From positions 1 to 64,000 of IMG/VR virus record IMGVR_UViG_3300042445_001170: a stretch of DNA of 64,000 nt; one strand, written 5' to 3'. The position numbers and the translations under genes are program-made. Of the stretch, positions 1-8,746 are shown one piece after another. Positions within the stretch are counted from its first letter, which is position 1. Every line of letters starts with the position of its first letter. A model generated the notes under the pieces. That model had not been told where the DNA came from. It was given only the letters and a program-made list of their open reading frames with translations, and ran no database searches. The stretch is from a virus.

Positions 1-1069
1 CGTTAGCCTTAGATGTGGCGTCTGCTGCTGCTGTAGCTTCGGCTGCTGCTTGAGCGGCGTTAGCCTTAGATGTGGCGTCTGCTGCTGCAGTTGAAACTGA
101 AGCTGCGTCGCCTGATACTCTAAGTGCTGCTTCTGCTGCTACCTTAGATGTGGCGTCTGCTGCTGCTGTAGCTTCGGCTGCAGACTGTGCTGCGTTAGCC
201 TTTGTAGTAGCATCTGTTGCTGCAGTTGAAACTGCTGCTGCGATATCTGTTGTTACTTGGGCTGAATTAGCCTTTGTTCCAAGAGCTGTTGTAATTGTTG
301 TTGTGTAGTTAGCGTCATCATTGATTGCTGCTGCTAATTCATTTAATGTATTAAGAAGTGCTGGTGCACCGTCTACTAATGAATCTACTGCAGTTGAAAT
401 TGCTGTGTTACGGTTTGAAACCTCTGTTGAGATTGCAGATGAAAGAGCTGCTGCTGCAGTAGCTTCGGCTGCTGCTTGAGCGGCGTTAGCCTTTGTAGTA
501 GCATCTGTTGCTGCTGCAGACTGTGCTGCGTTAGCCTTTGTAGTAGCATCTGTTGATGCTGCAGAGATTGCTGCAGACTGTGCTGCGTTAGCCTTAGATG
601 TTGCGTCTGCTGATGCTGTAGCTTCGGCTGCTGCTTGAGCGGCGTTAGCCTTAGATGTTGCGTCTGCTGCTGCAGTTGAAACTGAAGCTGCGTCGCCTGA
701 TACTCTAAGTGCTGCTTCTGCTGCTACCTTAGTAGTTGCATCTGTTGATGCTGCAGAGATTGCTGCAGACTGTGCTGCGTTAGCCTTAGATGTTGCGTCT
801 GCTGATGCTGTAGCTTCGGCTGCAGACTGTGCAGCTGCTGCTGCGCCTGCTGCGTCAAATACGCCAGACTTTACAGAAAGCTTTCCAGCTCCGTTAACTT
901 CAAGCTGTGTGGATTCGACAGACTTTACAAGAGTCGCTCCGCCGACAAGATTGAGGATATAGCTATCTGCACCTGATTCGGTAAGTATGTTTTGGCCGTT
1001 GATTGTACCTGTTGTACCTTCAACAACAAGGCCTGATTTAATTCTAAAGTTTTTTACTACTGTTGCCAT
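1..1069 (-). CDS. Ala-rich repeat tail/fibre protein (runs off the window start; not in the ORF track)
   Basis: ATG at 1069 with GGAG upstream; reads MATVVKNFRIKSGLVVEG... then repeated ADATSKANAAQ units and the GAPALLNTLNELAAAI fibre motif; I saw no stop before position 1. Confidence 0.8.
   Translation of the reverse strand, partial: MATVVKNFRIKSGLVVEGTTGTINGQNILTESGADSYILNLVGGATLVKSVESTQLEVNGAGKLSVKSGVFDAAGAAAAAQSAAEATASADATSKANAAQSAAISAASTDATTKVAAEAALRVSGDAASVSTAAADATSKANAAQAAAEATASADATSKANAAQSAAISAASTDATTKANAAQSAAATDATTKANAAQAAAEATAAAALSSAISTEVSNRNTAISTAVDSLVDGAPALLNTLNELAAAINDDANYTTTITTALGTKANSAQVTTDIAAAVSTAATDATTKANAAQSAAEATAAADATSKVAAEAALRVSGDAASVSTAAADATSKANAAQAAAEATAAADATSKAN
33..732. 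repeat. Near-identical coding direct repeats inside the fibre gene
   Basis: A ~115-nt block at about 33-147 recurs at about 618-732; GCGTTAGCCTT units recur many times. Confidence 0.85.
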
Positions 1070-1101
1070 TTATATGACTCCTCTTGTTGCTTTTTTTTTG
1101 C

Positions 1102-1653
1102 TTACGCCTTAATTGCGGTTCTATAATACTTAAAAGTAATAGATCCACCATTAGGGGTGACTCTTAGACTAATTATACCTGAATCTTCTTCAAATGTATA
1201 ACTAAATAATGAAGTATCTGTTGTCGAAACTATGTCTGACTCTGATACCAAAATATTTGTTCCATCGTGCATTGCTGTAATGTTTGAAGAGTAAACATCA
1301 ATTCCCTTTTTAACCTGTATCTTGTAGTGAACTGTTCTCCATGTGCTTTTTGCAAATGAATCTACGTTTGTAGCATTTTCAATGCCAGTTACTTCAAGAT
1401 CATTGTTTCCATCCAAACCTAGGAGCTCTGAAATGGTATCTGAGGTATTTGCAATTCCTTGGACGGCTGTAGAAAGAGTGTTGACTTTATATGTTAAAGA
1501 GTTTGAATCAGTTGAGTTAACTACACCAACTGCTGTCTCAAGAGCTTCAATTGCATCGTTTGCATCTGCGTGTTGCTGGGCGTGGCCCACCAATTCGCTT
1601 GAAGATGAGGGATTGCTGAGATTGTCTTTACTTGTTGGAAAAACCGTTGCCAT
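1102..1653 (-). CDS. Virion/tail-associated hypothetical protein
   Basis: 183-aa ORF with AGGAGG RBS, lies in the tail gene block. Confidence 0.65.
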   Translation of the reverse strand: MATVFPTSKDNLSNPSSSSELVGHAQQHADANDAIEALETAVGVVNSTDSNSLTYKVNTLSTAVQGIANTSDTISELLGLDGNNDLEVTGIENATNVDSFAKSTWRTVHYKIQVKKGIDVYSSNITAMHDGTNILVSESDIVSTTDTSLFSYTFEEDSGIISLRVTPNGGSITFKYYRTAIKA

Positions 1654-1723
1654 TTATAAATCCTCCTGGCGGTGTTGCGTGTTATCTTATTATACCGTAT
1701 GTCTTTTATTCAAATTGCAATAT

Positions 1724-1954
1724 TTACCATTTTGATAGTGGGCATGTAGCTTTTGCAAGCTTTGTTTTTAATGGCATCACACATCCACACTGTTTGCATT
1801 GCTTGGTTAAATCTATAAGCTCTGGGCATGCCTTACATATATCATATCTTCTTGTTGCTTCCGCTTCCTCAACATATTCTGTATTAGGGTTTAGTATATC
1901 CCAAGGCCTTGTTTCGCCCAACTTTTCTTTATACTGTTGCCATTTACTGGTCAT
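1724..1954 (-). CDS. Small Cys-rich Zn-binding protein
   Basis: CKAC...CKQCGC...CPLSKW. Confidence 0.7.
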   Translation of the reverse strand: MTSKWQQYKEKLGETRPWDILNPNTEYVEEAEATRRYDICKACPELIDLTKQCKQCGCVMPLKTKLAKATCPLSKW

Positions 1955-2325
1955 TCATAAACTCCTGGAATTATGAATTGGCCTCCTTGATATAGCCAGC
2001 CTTCTTCTGCTTTGTCTGCGTGTCTTTGGGCATCTAGGCTTACATGAACAATGGTTGGATCTGAGAGCATGATTGAGTATATTTTTTCATTTGATTTTAC
2101 CGTCTCTCCATCAAGATTAAATTCAAATATTCCTGGGCTTGTCTCCCCAATATCAGACACAACAGATGAATTTAAAAACTTTTCTGCTATCTCTGGGCTG
2201 ACTCCAATAAAAGATACAATTTCTCCATCTATAATTAAAGCCAATTGCATAGCGGTTCTACCAGAGGCAATCTGGGTAGCTTTGACTCCCTGAATAAACC
2301 AGTCTTCTTCATTTAAATTAATCAT
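1951..2325 (-). CDS. Hypothetical protein (leaderless)
   Basis: TTGACA-N18-TATAAT ends 5 nt before the ATG; ATGA overlap with the next gene. Confidence 0.7.
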   Translation of the reverse strand: MINLNEEDWFIQGVKATQIASGRTAMQLALIIDGEIVSFIGVSPEIAEKFLNSSVVSDIGETSPGIFEFNLDGETVKSNEKIYSIMLSDPTIVHVSLDAQRHADKAEEGWLYQGGQFIIPGVYE

Positions 2326-2364
2326 AGTTTATTATACCCTTTATAGATTTGTGATGTCAATATC

Positions 2365-3921
2365 TTATGCATAGCATGTAGCTCTTGTTCCATCTGAGTT
2401 ATACCGAGCATCACAGTCACCTTCAGTATAACATGTTGAATAGTTTGAACTTGCTGAGTTGGTTACATCGTATGACTTACATGCATATTTACCAGTAGCG
2501 GTTTTACTAACATTTGGACAACAAGCATTTGAAGTTGTTCCGCTAAGTGAACCTGCTCTTGCAGATCCTCCAGCACAACATTCTGGAGCATAGTGGTAGC
2601 TCTGTGTTGGAGTTGTTGTGTAATTACATACACATGCTGCTGGTGGGGTATATGTGCAGGCTCTTGAATAATAGAATGGGCCATACTCAGTTCTAGTCTC
2701 TGTTGTGCAATTTGCATTTACCCAAGTTCTTGTTCTATTTGCCGCAGTACCAGCTTCAATTCCTGTTTCAGAACATGTTCCAGACCAAGTTATACTGTTA
2801 TACGTATATTCAGATCCTGCTTGCCATCCTGCTGTACATGTTGGTGTACATGCTCGTGATGTGGCATAGCTTCCATATTCAATCAAATTGTCTTCTGTGC
2901 AGTCTGAATATCTATATAGTCTATATCTCCAGCTGTACGTTCCAGCCTCAACGCTATTTACACAGCTTCCGCTCCATGTAGCTCCGCCATATGTCCAATC
3001 AGCATCTACCCATCCTGCTGTACAGCCTATAGTTATTGTTCCTGTTGCAGTTGCAGCAGATTTATTTGATACTGTAAGAGTTTTTTGTATTCCATATCCT
3101 TGATATAAAGCAGATCTTGGGTATACGCTAAAATAATTTCCTTCATTTCCATCTGCAATAGACCAAGTATAACTTAGCTGTGAAGAAGGCACATTTATTG
3201 TATCCTGTATACTGTTGCCATATTTTACAACGTCATATGAAGCTGCTCCTGGAGCGGCAGTCCATGAAATTAAAGCCTTTTTGTTTGTGTTTATTGGTGT
3301 AACCGAAACTGTGACTTGGCCAGAAGATCCTGATCCGCTAAATGTTAGACCAGATGGTGTAACTGAACCGTTATTTGTAGTTACGCTATATGTAGTTGCA
3401 TTTGTAGACGCAGTAAAGCTTCCGCTATAAGAAGTTCCGCTCTTTGCAATTGTTACAGATGTTGCTGATGGTGTCTCGGTAGCATCTGAGACTGTGACAG
3501 AAGAAACGGTAGGCAGAATAATTGTTCCAGAGTTTTGGCTTGCCGTGGTACTGCCTCTTAAATTTGTTGCAACAACGGTTACGCCAATTGTTGAATCTAT
3601 ATCGGCAATGACTGTTGTATATGTTGCAGAGGTGGCACCAGAAATATTTGTACTCCCACGCTTCCACTGATATGTATATGAAACTGGGGCATTTGCTGGA
3701 TCCATATTCCAGTTTCCTTGTACAGCCCAAACTGTTCCTACGGTTGGATATGTTGTGCCTGAATATGTGAGGGTAAGTCCTGAAGTTTTTGGTAAATTTG
3801 GATATGCAATCTGCCAGCCGTTGTTATAGACATAAGCTTTTTTTGCTGCCTCGATGCCTAACCCAGTGTGTATTCTTAGGGCTTTTGCTTCTTTCCAGTC
3901 TGAACCATCATTTATTTTCAT
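2365..3921 (-). CDS. Tail fibre/adhesin with Ig/Fn3-like region and Cys-rich C-terminus
   Basis: YTYQWKRG...ISGATSATYT Ig-like motif, ISWTAAPGAASYDV Fn3-like motif, Cys-rich tail. Confidence 0.65.
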   Translation of the reverse strand: MKINDGSDWKEAKALRIHTGLGIEAAKKAYVYNNGWQIAYPNLPKTSGLTLTYSGTTYPTVGTVWAVQGNWNMDPANAPVSYTYQWKRGSTNISGATSATYTTVIADIDSTIGVTVVATNLRGSTTASQNSGTIILPTVSSVTVSDATETPSATSVTIAKSGTSYSGSFTASTNATTYSVTTNNGSVTPSGLTFSGSGSSGQVTVSVTPINTNKKALISWTAAPGAASYDVVKYGNSIQDTINVPSSQLSYTWSIADGNEGNYFSVYPRSALYQGYGIQKTLTVSNKSAATATGTITIGCTAGWVDADWTYGGATWSGSCVNSVEAGTYSWRYRLYRYSDCTEDNLIEYGSYATSRACTPTCTAGWQAGSEYTYNSITWSGTCSETGIEAGTAANRTRTWVNANCTTETRTEYGPFYYSRACTYTPPAACVCNYTTTPTQSYHYAPECCAGGSARAGSLSGTTSNACCPNVSKTATGKYACKSYDVTNSASSNYSTCYTEGDCDARYNSDGTRATCYA

Positions 3922-3928
3922 TTATATC

Positions 3929-6142
3929 CTAGTATTGTATATAAATATCTCCAGCAACCATGCCAGTAGTAGGTAGTGTGCCAGTATTATTATAGAATGT
4001 TTTTGCACCAGCAGAAATTGTTGCAGTTCCACCAAGTGAGACTGGTGTGCCATTAATTGTTATGCTTGAATTAGCAAGCTTAGCGTTAGTTATAGAAGAG
4101 TCTGCAAAAGATGATGCCTGAAGGTTTGTTATTGTATTATTTAATCCAGATATTGTCTTATTGGTTAATGTTTGTTCCCAGGACTCATTAATAATTTCTA
4201 GCTCTGTTCCGCCAAATACTTTTTTATGATACAGTCTTCCGCTTGTTGGGTTAACCGATATTTCTGCATATCCGTTTGTACCAGACCCTAAATGGAATCT
4301 ATTTCCAACATTGTATAAAGAACCTGCACTAAAACTGCCTTCAAGTACTGTTCCAGAAAGATCTGCCCATGAGGCAACTGTGCCATTTGTTGTTAAATAT
4401 TTGCCAGTATTATTTAATTGTGTTGGAAGTGCTGTTATTCCAGTTACTGTTGCACCAGAAAAATCTACTGTTCCAGTAAATACTGGTGAGGCTTTTGTTG
4501 CATAAGTTGATGCTGCGACTGATGTAGCCAATTTAGTGTCTAATGCTGTTTGGGTTGCAGTAGATATAGGTTTTAATAGATCTGTTGTATTGTCAACATT
4601 TCCTAAGCCAACCATTGTCTTTGTAATGCCACTCACTGTACCAGTAAATGTAGGTGAAGAAATTGGAGCATATGTTGATGCTGCGTCTGTTGAAGAAAGC
4701 TTAGTTCCTACTAATGTTGTTAACGCTGTTCCTGCTGTTTGATCTGAGGCAATATAATCTGAAATTTCCTTAAGTGTATCAAATGAGGCTGGTGCTGCAT
4801 TTACAACATTTGCTATAGCTGCTGTTATATCTGATGTTCTTGCAATTGTAGAAGGTATAACTGAGTCTAGAATTGTTCCGCTTGACACTCCAAGTCTTGC
4901 ATATCCTCCTGCCAAATCTGCGTCTGCCTCCATCACATATCCGTCTAATGTGTTTCCAAGACTAGATGATGTTAAATAAGTAGAATTTGCATATGTTAAC
5001 AGGTCGTCTGTTGCTTGATTTAAATTAACATAAACATCTGTGAATCTTTGGTTTGTTGCAGCTAGTGCTCGTGCGTCTGTAAAATAAAGATTTGTTGTGC
5101 CTTCTGATACTGCGTCTGTGTTTCCAGAAAAAGTTGAGCCTCCACCTGAGCCATCTGCTCCACGAGGAATAGTAAAGTTTAAAACAGCTGCTGAGGTTGT
5201 GCCAGCATTTGTAACTACTGCTGAGGAGCCAGCGGCTCCAGTTGTAACTGTTCCAATAGATATTGTTGCTGCAGAACCAGGCGCTCCAGTTGCTCCTGTT
5301 GCTCCTGTTGATCCTGTTGGGCCTGTTGGGCCAGTGTCTCCTGTGTCGCCTTTTAATCCTTGTGGTCCTGTTGCACCTGTAGCACCAGTTGCACCACGGG
5401 GGATAGTAAAATTAAATACTGCTGCTGTTGGGGTTCCAGAATTTACAATCGAAACAGAAGAGTCTGCATCTCCAGTTAAAACAGATCCCAATGTTATTGT
5501 TGAAGATCCTCCACCTGAAGATAAGCCTGACACTGCTGTAGAAATTGCATTATTTCTGTTTGTAACCTCTGTAGCAATTTTTGCATCAGTATATGAATTT
5601 ACAGATACTGTATTTGACTGTATAGCTGTATTAAGTTCTGCTTTAGCTGCGATAACTTTTGCGGAAGCATCGTCTGATGCTGCTGAAATTGCTTGAGCTT
5701 TTGCAGTTGCGATTGCAGTTGTAGTGGTAGCTGCCTGTGTTGCAATTGCATTGTTTCTATTTATTATTTCTGTTGCAATAGCTGAGGATATTGCAAGGGC
5801 GGCAGCGTCTATTGCCCTTTGATCTGTAAAATATTTATTTGTTGATCCTTCTGCAATTGAATTTGTAGTCAATGCAGCAATTGCTCCATTTAAATCAACG
5901 GAGGCAGAAATAGAGTCTGGAAGCTGTGATGTAGGAATTTTTCCGCTGGAGTTAAGTGTTGCCACTCCATTTGCTTCGCCTAACTTTAATGCATATGAGG
6001 TTGTGGAATTCCATCTAGAGCCGTTGCCAATTTTAAATTTTAGAGTGTCTGTTTCAATTCCCAATTCGCCAGAAAGCAAAATAGGGTTATTTGATACCCA
6101 ATTTGCCGCTGTGTCTCTTCTTAGTTGTATTCTTAATGCCAT
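3929..6142 (-). CDS. Tail fibre with Mtd_N-like N-terminus and collagen-like repeat
   Basis: RIQLRRDTAANW...GELGIETDTLKFKIGNG; Gly-X-Y run; start moved to MALRIQ. Confidence 0.8.
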   Translation of the reverse strand: MALRIQLRRDTAANWVSNNPILLSGELGIETDTLKFKIGNGSRWNSTTSYALKLGEANGVATLNSSGKIPTSQLPDSISASVDLNGAIAALTTNSIAEGSTNKYFTDQRAIDAAALAISSAIATEIINRNNAIATQAATTTTAIATAKAQAISAASDDASAKVIAAKAELNTAIQSNTVSVNSYTDAKIATEVTNRNNAISTAVSGLSSGGGSSTITLGSVLTGDADSSVSIVNSGTPTAAVFNFTIPRGATGATGATGPQGLKGDTGDTGPTGPTGSTGATGATGAPGSAATISIGTVTTGAAGSSAVVTNAGTTSAAVLNFTIPRGADGSGGGSTFSGNTDAVSEGTTNLYFTDARALAATNQRFTDVYVNLNQATDDLLTYANSTYLTSSSLGNTLDGYVMEADADLAGGYARLGVSSGTILDSVIPSTIARTSDITAAIANVVNAAPASFDTLKEISDYIASDQTAGTALTTLVGTKLSSTDAASTYAPISSPTFTGTVSGITKTMVGLGNVDNTTDLLKPISTATQTALDTKLATSVAASTYATKASPVFTGTVDFSGATVTGITALPTQLNNTGKYLTTNGTVASWADLSGTVLEGSFSAGSLYNVGNRFHLGSGTNGYAEISVNPTSGRLYHKKVFGGTELEIINESWEQTLTNKTISGLNNTITNLQASSFADSSITNAKLANSSITINGTPVSLGGTATISAGAKTFYNNTGTLPTTGMVAGDIYIQY

Positions 6143-6143
6143 T

Positions 6144-6602
6144 TTATGAACCCCCTGCATCAACAATTATACCATCGATGTCTGCAGAGTTACCTCCCTC
6201 TAGAATTTGATCTTCTGCTTGCTGTATTTGTCCTTCAACGTTTCCGCCATCAAGTAATGTTTGGTCTGTTATAGATCCGCCATCATTTAGAGATGAAGCA
6301 GTTTGACCATCATAGCCAACTATGATAGGCAGAGTAACTCCTGGTGTGTCTTGAACGTTTGTTTCTTTAAATGTAATCTTGTTTTGTACATCAATTGTAT
6401 GTACATCTCCATCAAATGTATGGGTGTGCATATAGAATGGAGTTGGATCTGTGCTGGGTGGGGTCAATTCAACCCAAAGCAGTCCATTATATATTCTTAA
6501 GTTCTTCGTTACCGTATTAAAATAGATATCTCCAACTGTGGCTACGTCTGGATTCTCCATTGAGGTAAGAAGATTAAGGGCAACCTTCATCTGTCTGGAC
6601 AT
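6144..6602 (-). CDS. Tail-associated protein
   Basis: GDIYFNT...RIYNG..W motif; DGG repeats. Confidence 0.6.
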   Translation of the reverse strand: MSRQMKVALNLLTSMENPDVATVGDIYFNTVTKNLRIYNGLLWVELTPPSTDPTPFYMHTHTFDGDVHTIDVQNKITFKETNVQDTPGVTLPIIVGYDGQTASSLNDGGSITDQTLLDGGNVEGQIQQAEDQILEGGNSADIDGIIVDAGGS

Positions 6603-6606
6603 ACTG

Positions 6607-7578
6607 TTATCCTACAACTACTACTTTATATTCTCCAGCGGTTGGCGCTATTGCAAAATCTACTGTCACAACATTTGAGCTTGTTCTTTTTACATCTGCC
6701 TCAACTTGTGCAAATGGAGAAGCTGCTTCAAAAATTTGAACAGTTACATCAGTTGTGCCTAAGTTGTGAGTAATTGTATAAGATGTTGCAGATGCACCAA
6801 GTGTTTCTGCATACTTTCTAGCAATTGCATGATACGCTGTACCATTGTTTGTCAATGTCCATGTATCAGATGTCTCATTCCATAGGATTTCTACATCTGT
6901 TTCTAATCCACGCTCAACTGTAACTCCAGCATCTGTGGTTGGGGTTCCAGCAAAATTACTATTAAGCTTTACCTTATTATCTTCAATGTTAATCTGTGTT
7001 GTGTTTACAGAGTTAACTGTTCCAATTACATTTAGGTTTCCGCCAACTTGCAAGTTACCAGCAATTTCTACATTGTCTGGCAAGCCAATTGTTACAGCTG
7101 CATTATGTCCACTATTTGGTGAAACTGTAACTTCATTTGCTGTTCCAACAATTGTTGCTACATAGTCACCAGTTGTTTGTGAGTCTAGGGGTATAACTAA
7201 ATTATCTTCGCTTGCTGATGTTATTCTACCTTGCTGATCTACTGTAAATGTTGGAACTTTTGTAATAGAACCATATGTTCCTGCTGATACTGCGGTATCA
7301 TTTAATTTTATTGTGTGTGTTCCTGCTGCATCGCTGTATGTTGCAGTTAAACCTGTTCCGCCAACAACTGTCGAGCCAATTAAATCTTGAATTACTTCTT
7401 GTGAACCAGAGGTTGGTGTCCACTCTGTTCCATTATAGAAGTATAGTACGTGTGTGCCTGTATCAAAGTAAATCTGACCTGCAACTGGTGATGAAGGGGC
7501 TGACCCTAAATTCTGAATTCTAGCATTGAGTAGCTCATTCTTGTTGAGATCAATACTAACTAAAAACTTTTTTGCCAT
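6607..7578 (-). CDS. Tail fibre/structural protein
   Basis: GQIYFDT motif, AGTYGS...TVDQQGRIT fibre motif, ITHNLG C-terminus. Confidence 0.7.
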   Translation of the reverse strand: MAKKFLVSIDLNKNELLNARIQNLGSAPSSPVAGQIYFDTGTHVLYFYNGTEWTPTSGSQEVIQDLIGSTVVGGTGLTATYSDAAGTHTIKLNDTAVSAGTYGSITKVPTFTVDQQGRITSASEDNLVIPLDSQTTGDYVATIVGTANEVTVSPNSGHNAAVTIGLPDNVEIAGNLQVGGNLNVIGTVNSVNTTQINIEDNKVKLNSNFAGTPTTDAGVTVERGLETDVEILWNETSDTWTLTNNGTAYHAIARKYAETLGASATSYTITHNLGTTDVTVQIFEAASPFAQVEADVKRTSSNVVTVDFAIAPTAGEYKVVVVG

Positions 7579-7590
7579 TTTCTTTCTCCC

Positions 7591-8025
7591 TTATGACAGA
7601 TATGCTGTCCCTGAGAACGGTTGCGCCATTGTCAGTGTTATTTGATTAATACTATTATAGTCTATTCCAGTTTCTAGGATGTCCCCAGCGCTAGATTTGA
7701 CGGTTACGTTTGGGTGGAACCCAAGGTTGTGATTTATCTGAACTGAATAGACTCCAGAGACTGGCCCAGTTATTTGTGCCATTTCCCATGGATATGTCAA
7801 GGAAATTTGTTTATCCAAGATAAAGCTATTGTTTATATTCCAAGTATTTGTTGAAGCTTTTGGGCCCCAAAACCTTGTTGTGTTTGTATCAAAATAAAAG
7901 TCTCCTGGGACTCCAAGGGTGGCATCTGGATTTCCGCCTCCACTTATTATTGTTCTTCCAGGCGCTCCAGTAGACCTAACTACTACAAGTGGGTTATTTT
8001 CTGTAACTATTAATTTTGTTGCCAT
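7591..8025 (-). CDS. Tail-associated protein
   Basis: GDFYFDT...FWGPK and INHNLG motifs. Confidence 0.6.
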   Translation of the reverse strand: MATKLIVTENNPLVVVRSTGAPGRTIISGGGNPDATLGVPGDFYFDTNTTRFWGPKASTNTWNINNSFILDKQISLTYPWEMAQITGPVSGVYSVQINHNLGFHPNVTVKSSAGDILETGIDYNSINQITLTMAQPFSGTAYLS

Positions 8026-8369
8026 TACACTGTTACCGATCTATTCAATGTCATATATCCCTCTAGGAGCCTGGTCTTGTTTACACTTGGATCAACTAAT
8101 ACTAGGTCGTATGCGGATTTTGGGAAAAACATTTTGTTTGTTCTATCTGGAGATATAGAAATTTGTATTTTTCCTTCTACTGGACTTATTGTTAAGCCAT
8201 CTTGCTCTGTTAAAGTAAACGCTAGCTTTTTACCGCCTTGAGTATCTCTAACTTGAAGTTTTGCTGTGTGATTATGAAGTTGAATAGGTGTCTGATCTTC
8301 GTCTAGGTACTGGACCTCAAACGTAAACGTTGTATTTTGATCAACTTCAAAATTCTTTTGCGCTGCCAC
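8025..8369 (-). CDS. Tail/baseplate adaptor-like protein
   Basis: DQNTTF...GKIQISIS...AYDLVL...RLLEG pattern typical of fibre-proximal proteins. Confidence 0.55.
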   Translation of the reverse strand: MAAQKNFEVDQNTTFTFEVQYLDEDQTPIQLHNHTAKLQVRDTQGGKKLAFTLTEQDGLTISPVEGKIQISISPDRTNKMFFPKSAYDLVLVDPSVNKTRLLEGYMTLNRSVTV

Positions 8370-8437
8370 ATTTACCCCTAAATTAGAAAAGCCCTTATGC
8401 CAATTTTAGCATAAAGGCGTTCCTAATCAACTATAAC

Positions 8438-8677
8438 TTAGGCTTTGTTGGTAAATCCAAAATTCTTATCATTTGGATTTAATGCCTTTAAAATTACGGG
8501 TGCTACTGCTGCCACTCCGCCAAGCAATAAATCTTTAGGATTTGTATTGCCTGTCATGTATAAAGCTAGCGCTGCTGAAAGAAATGCTCTTCCGTAGCTA
8601 GCCAATGCTGCTAGGATCTGTTCTTGCATAGTTACTTTCCCATCTTTATTTAAATCTGCTTTTGCAAATTTAGCCAT
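8438..8677 (-). CDS. Holin-like membrane protein
   Basis: 79 aa, two hydrophobic segments, ...KALNPND C-terminus. Confidence 0.55.
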   Translation of the reverse strand: MAKFAKADLNKDGKVTMQEQILAALASYGRAFLSAALALYMTGNTNPKDLLLGGVAAVAPVILKALNPNDKNFGFTNKA

Positions 8678-8746
8678 TTTATTATCTCCTTGTGGGCAAT
8701 TTGCCCTTGGAATTTTCGGCTGTGGCCGAATACTATAATTCTACCA

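Noticed and set aside
3929-6142. Diversity-generating retroelement
   Set aside because: Mtd_N-like domain only; no reverse transcriptase or TR/VR pair seen in the window
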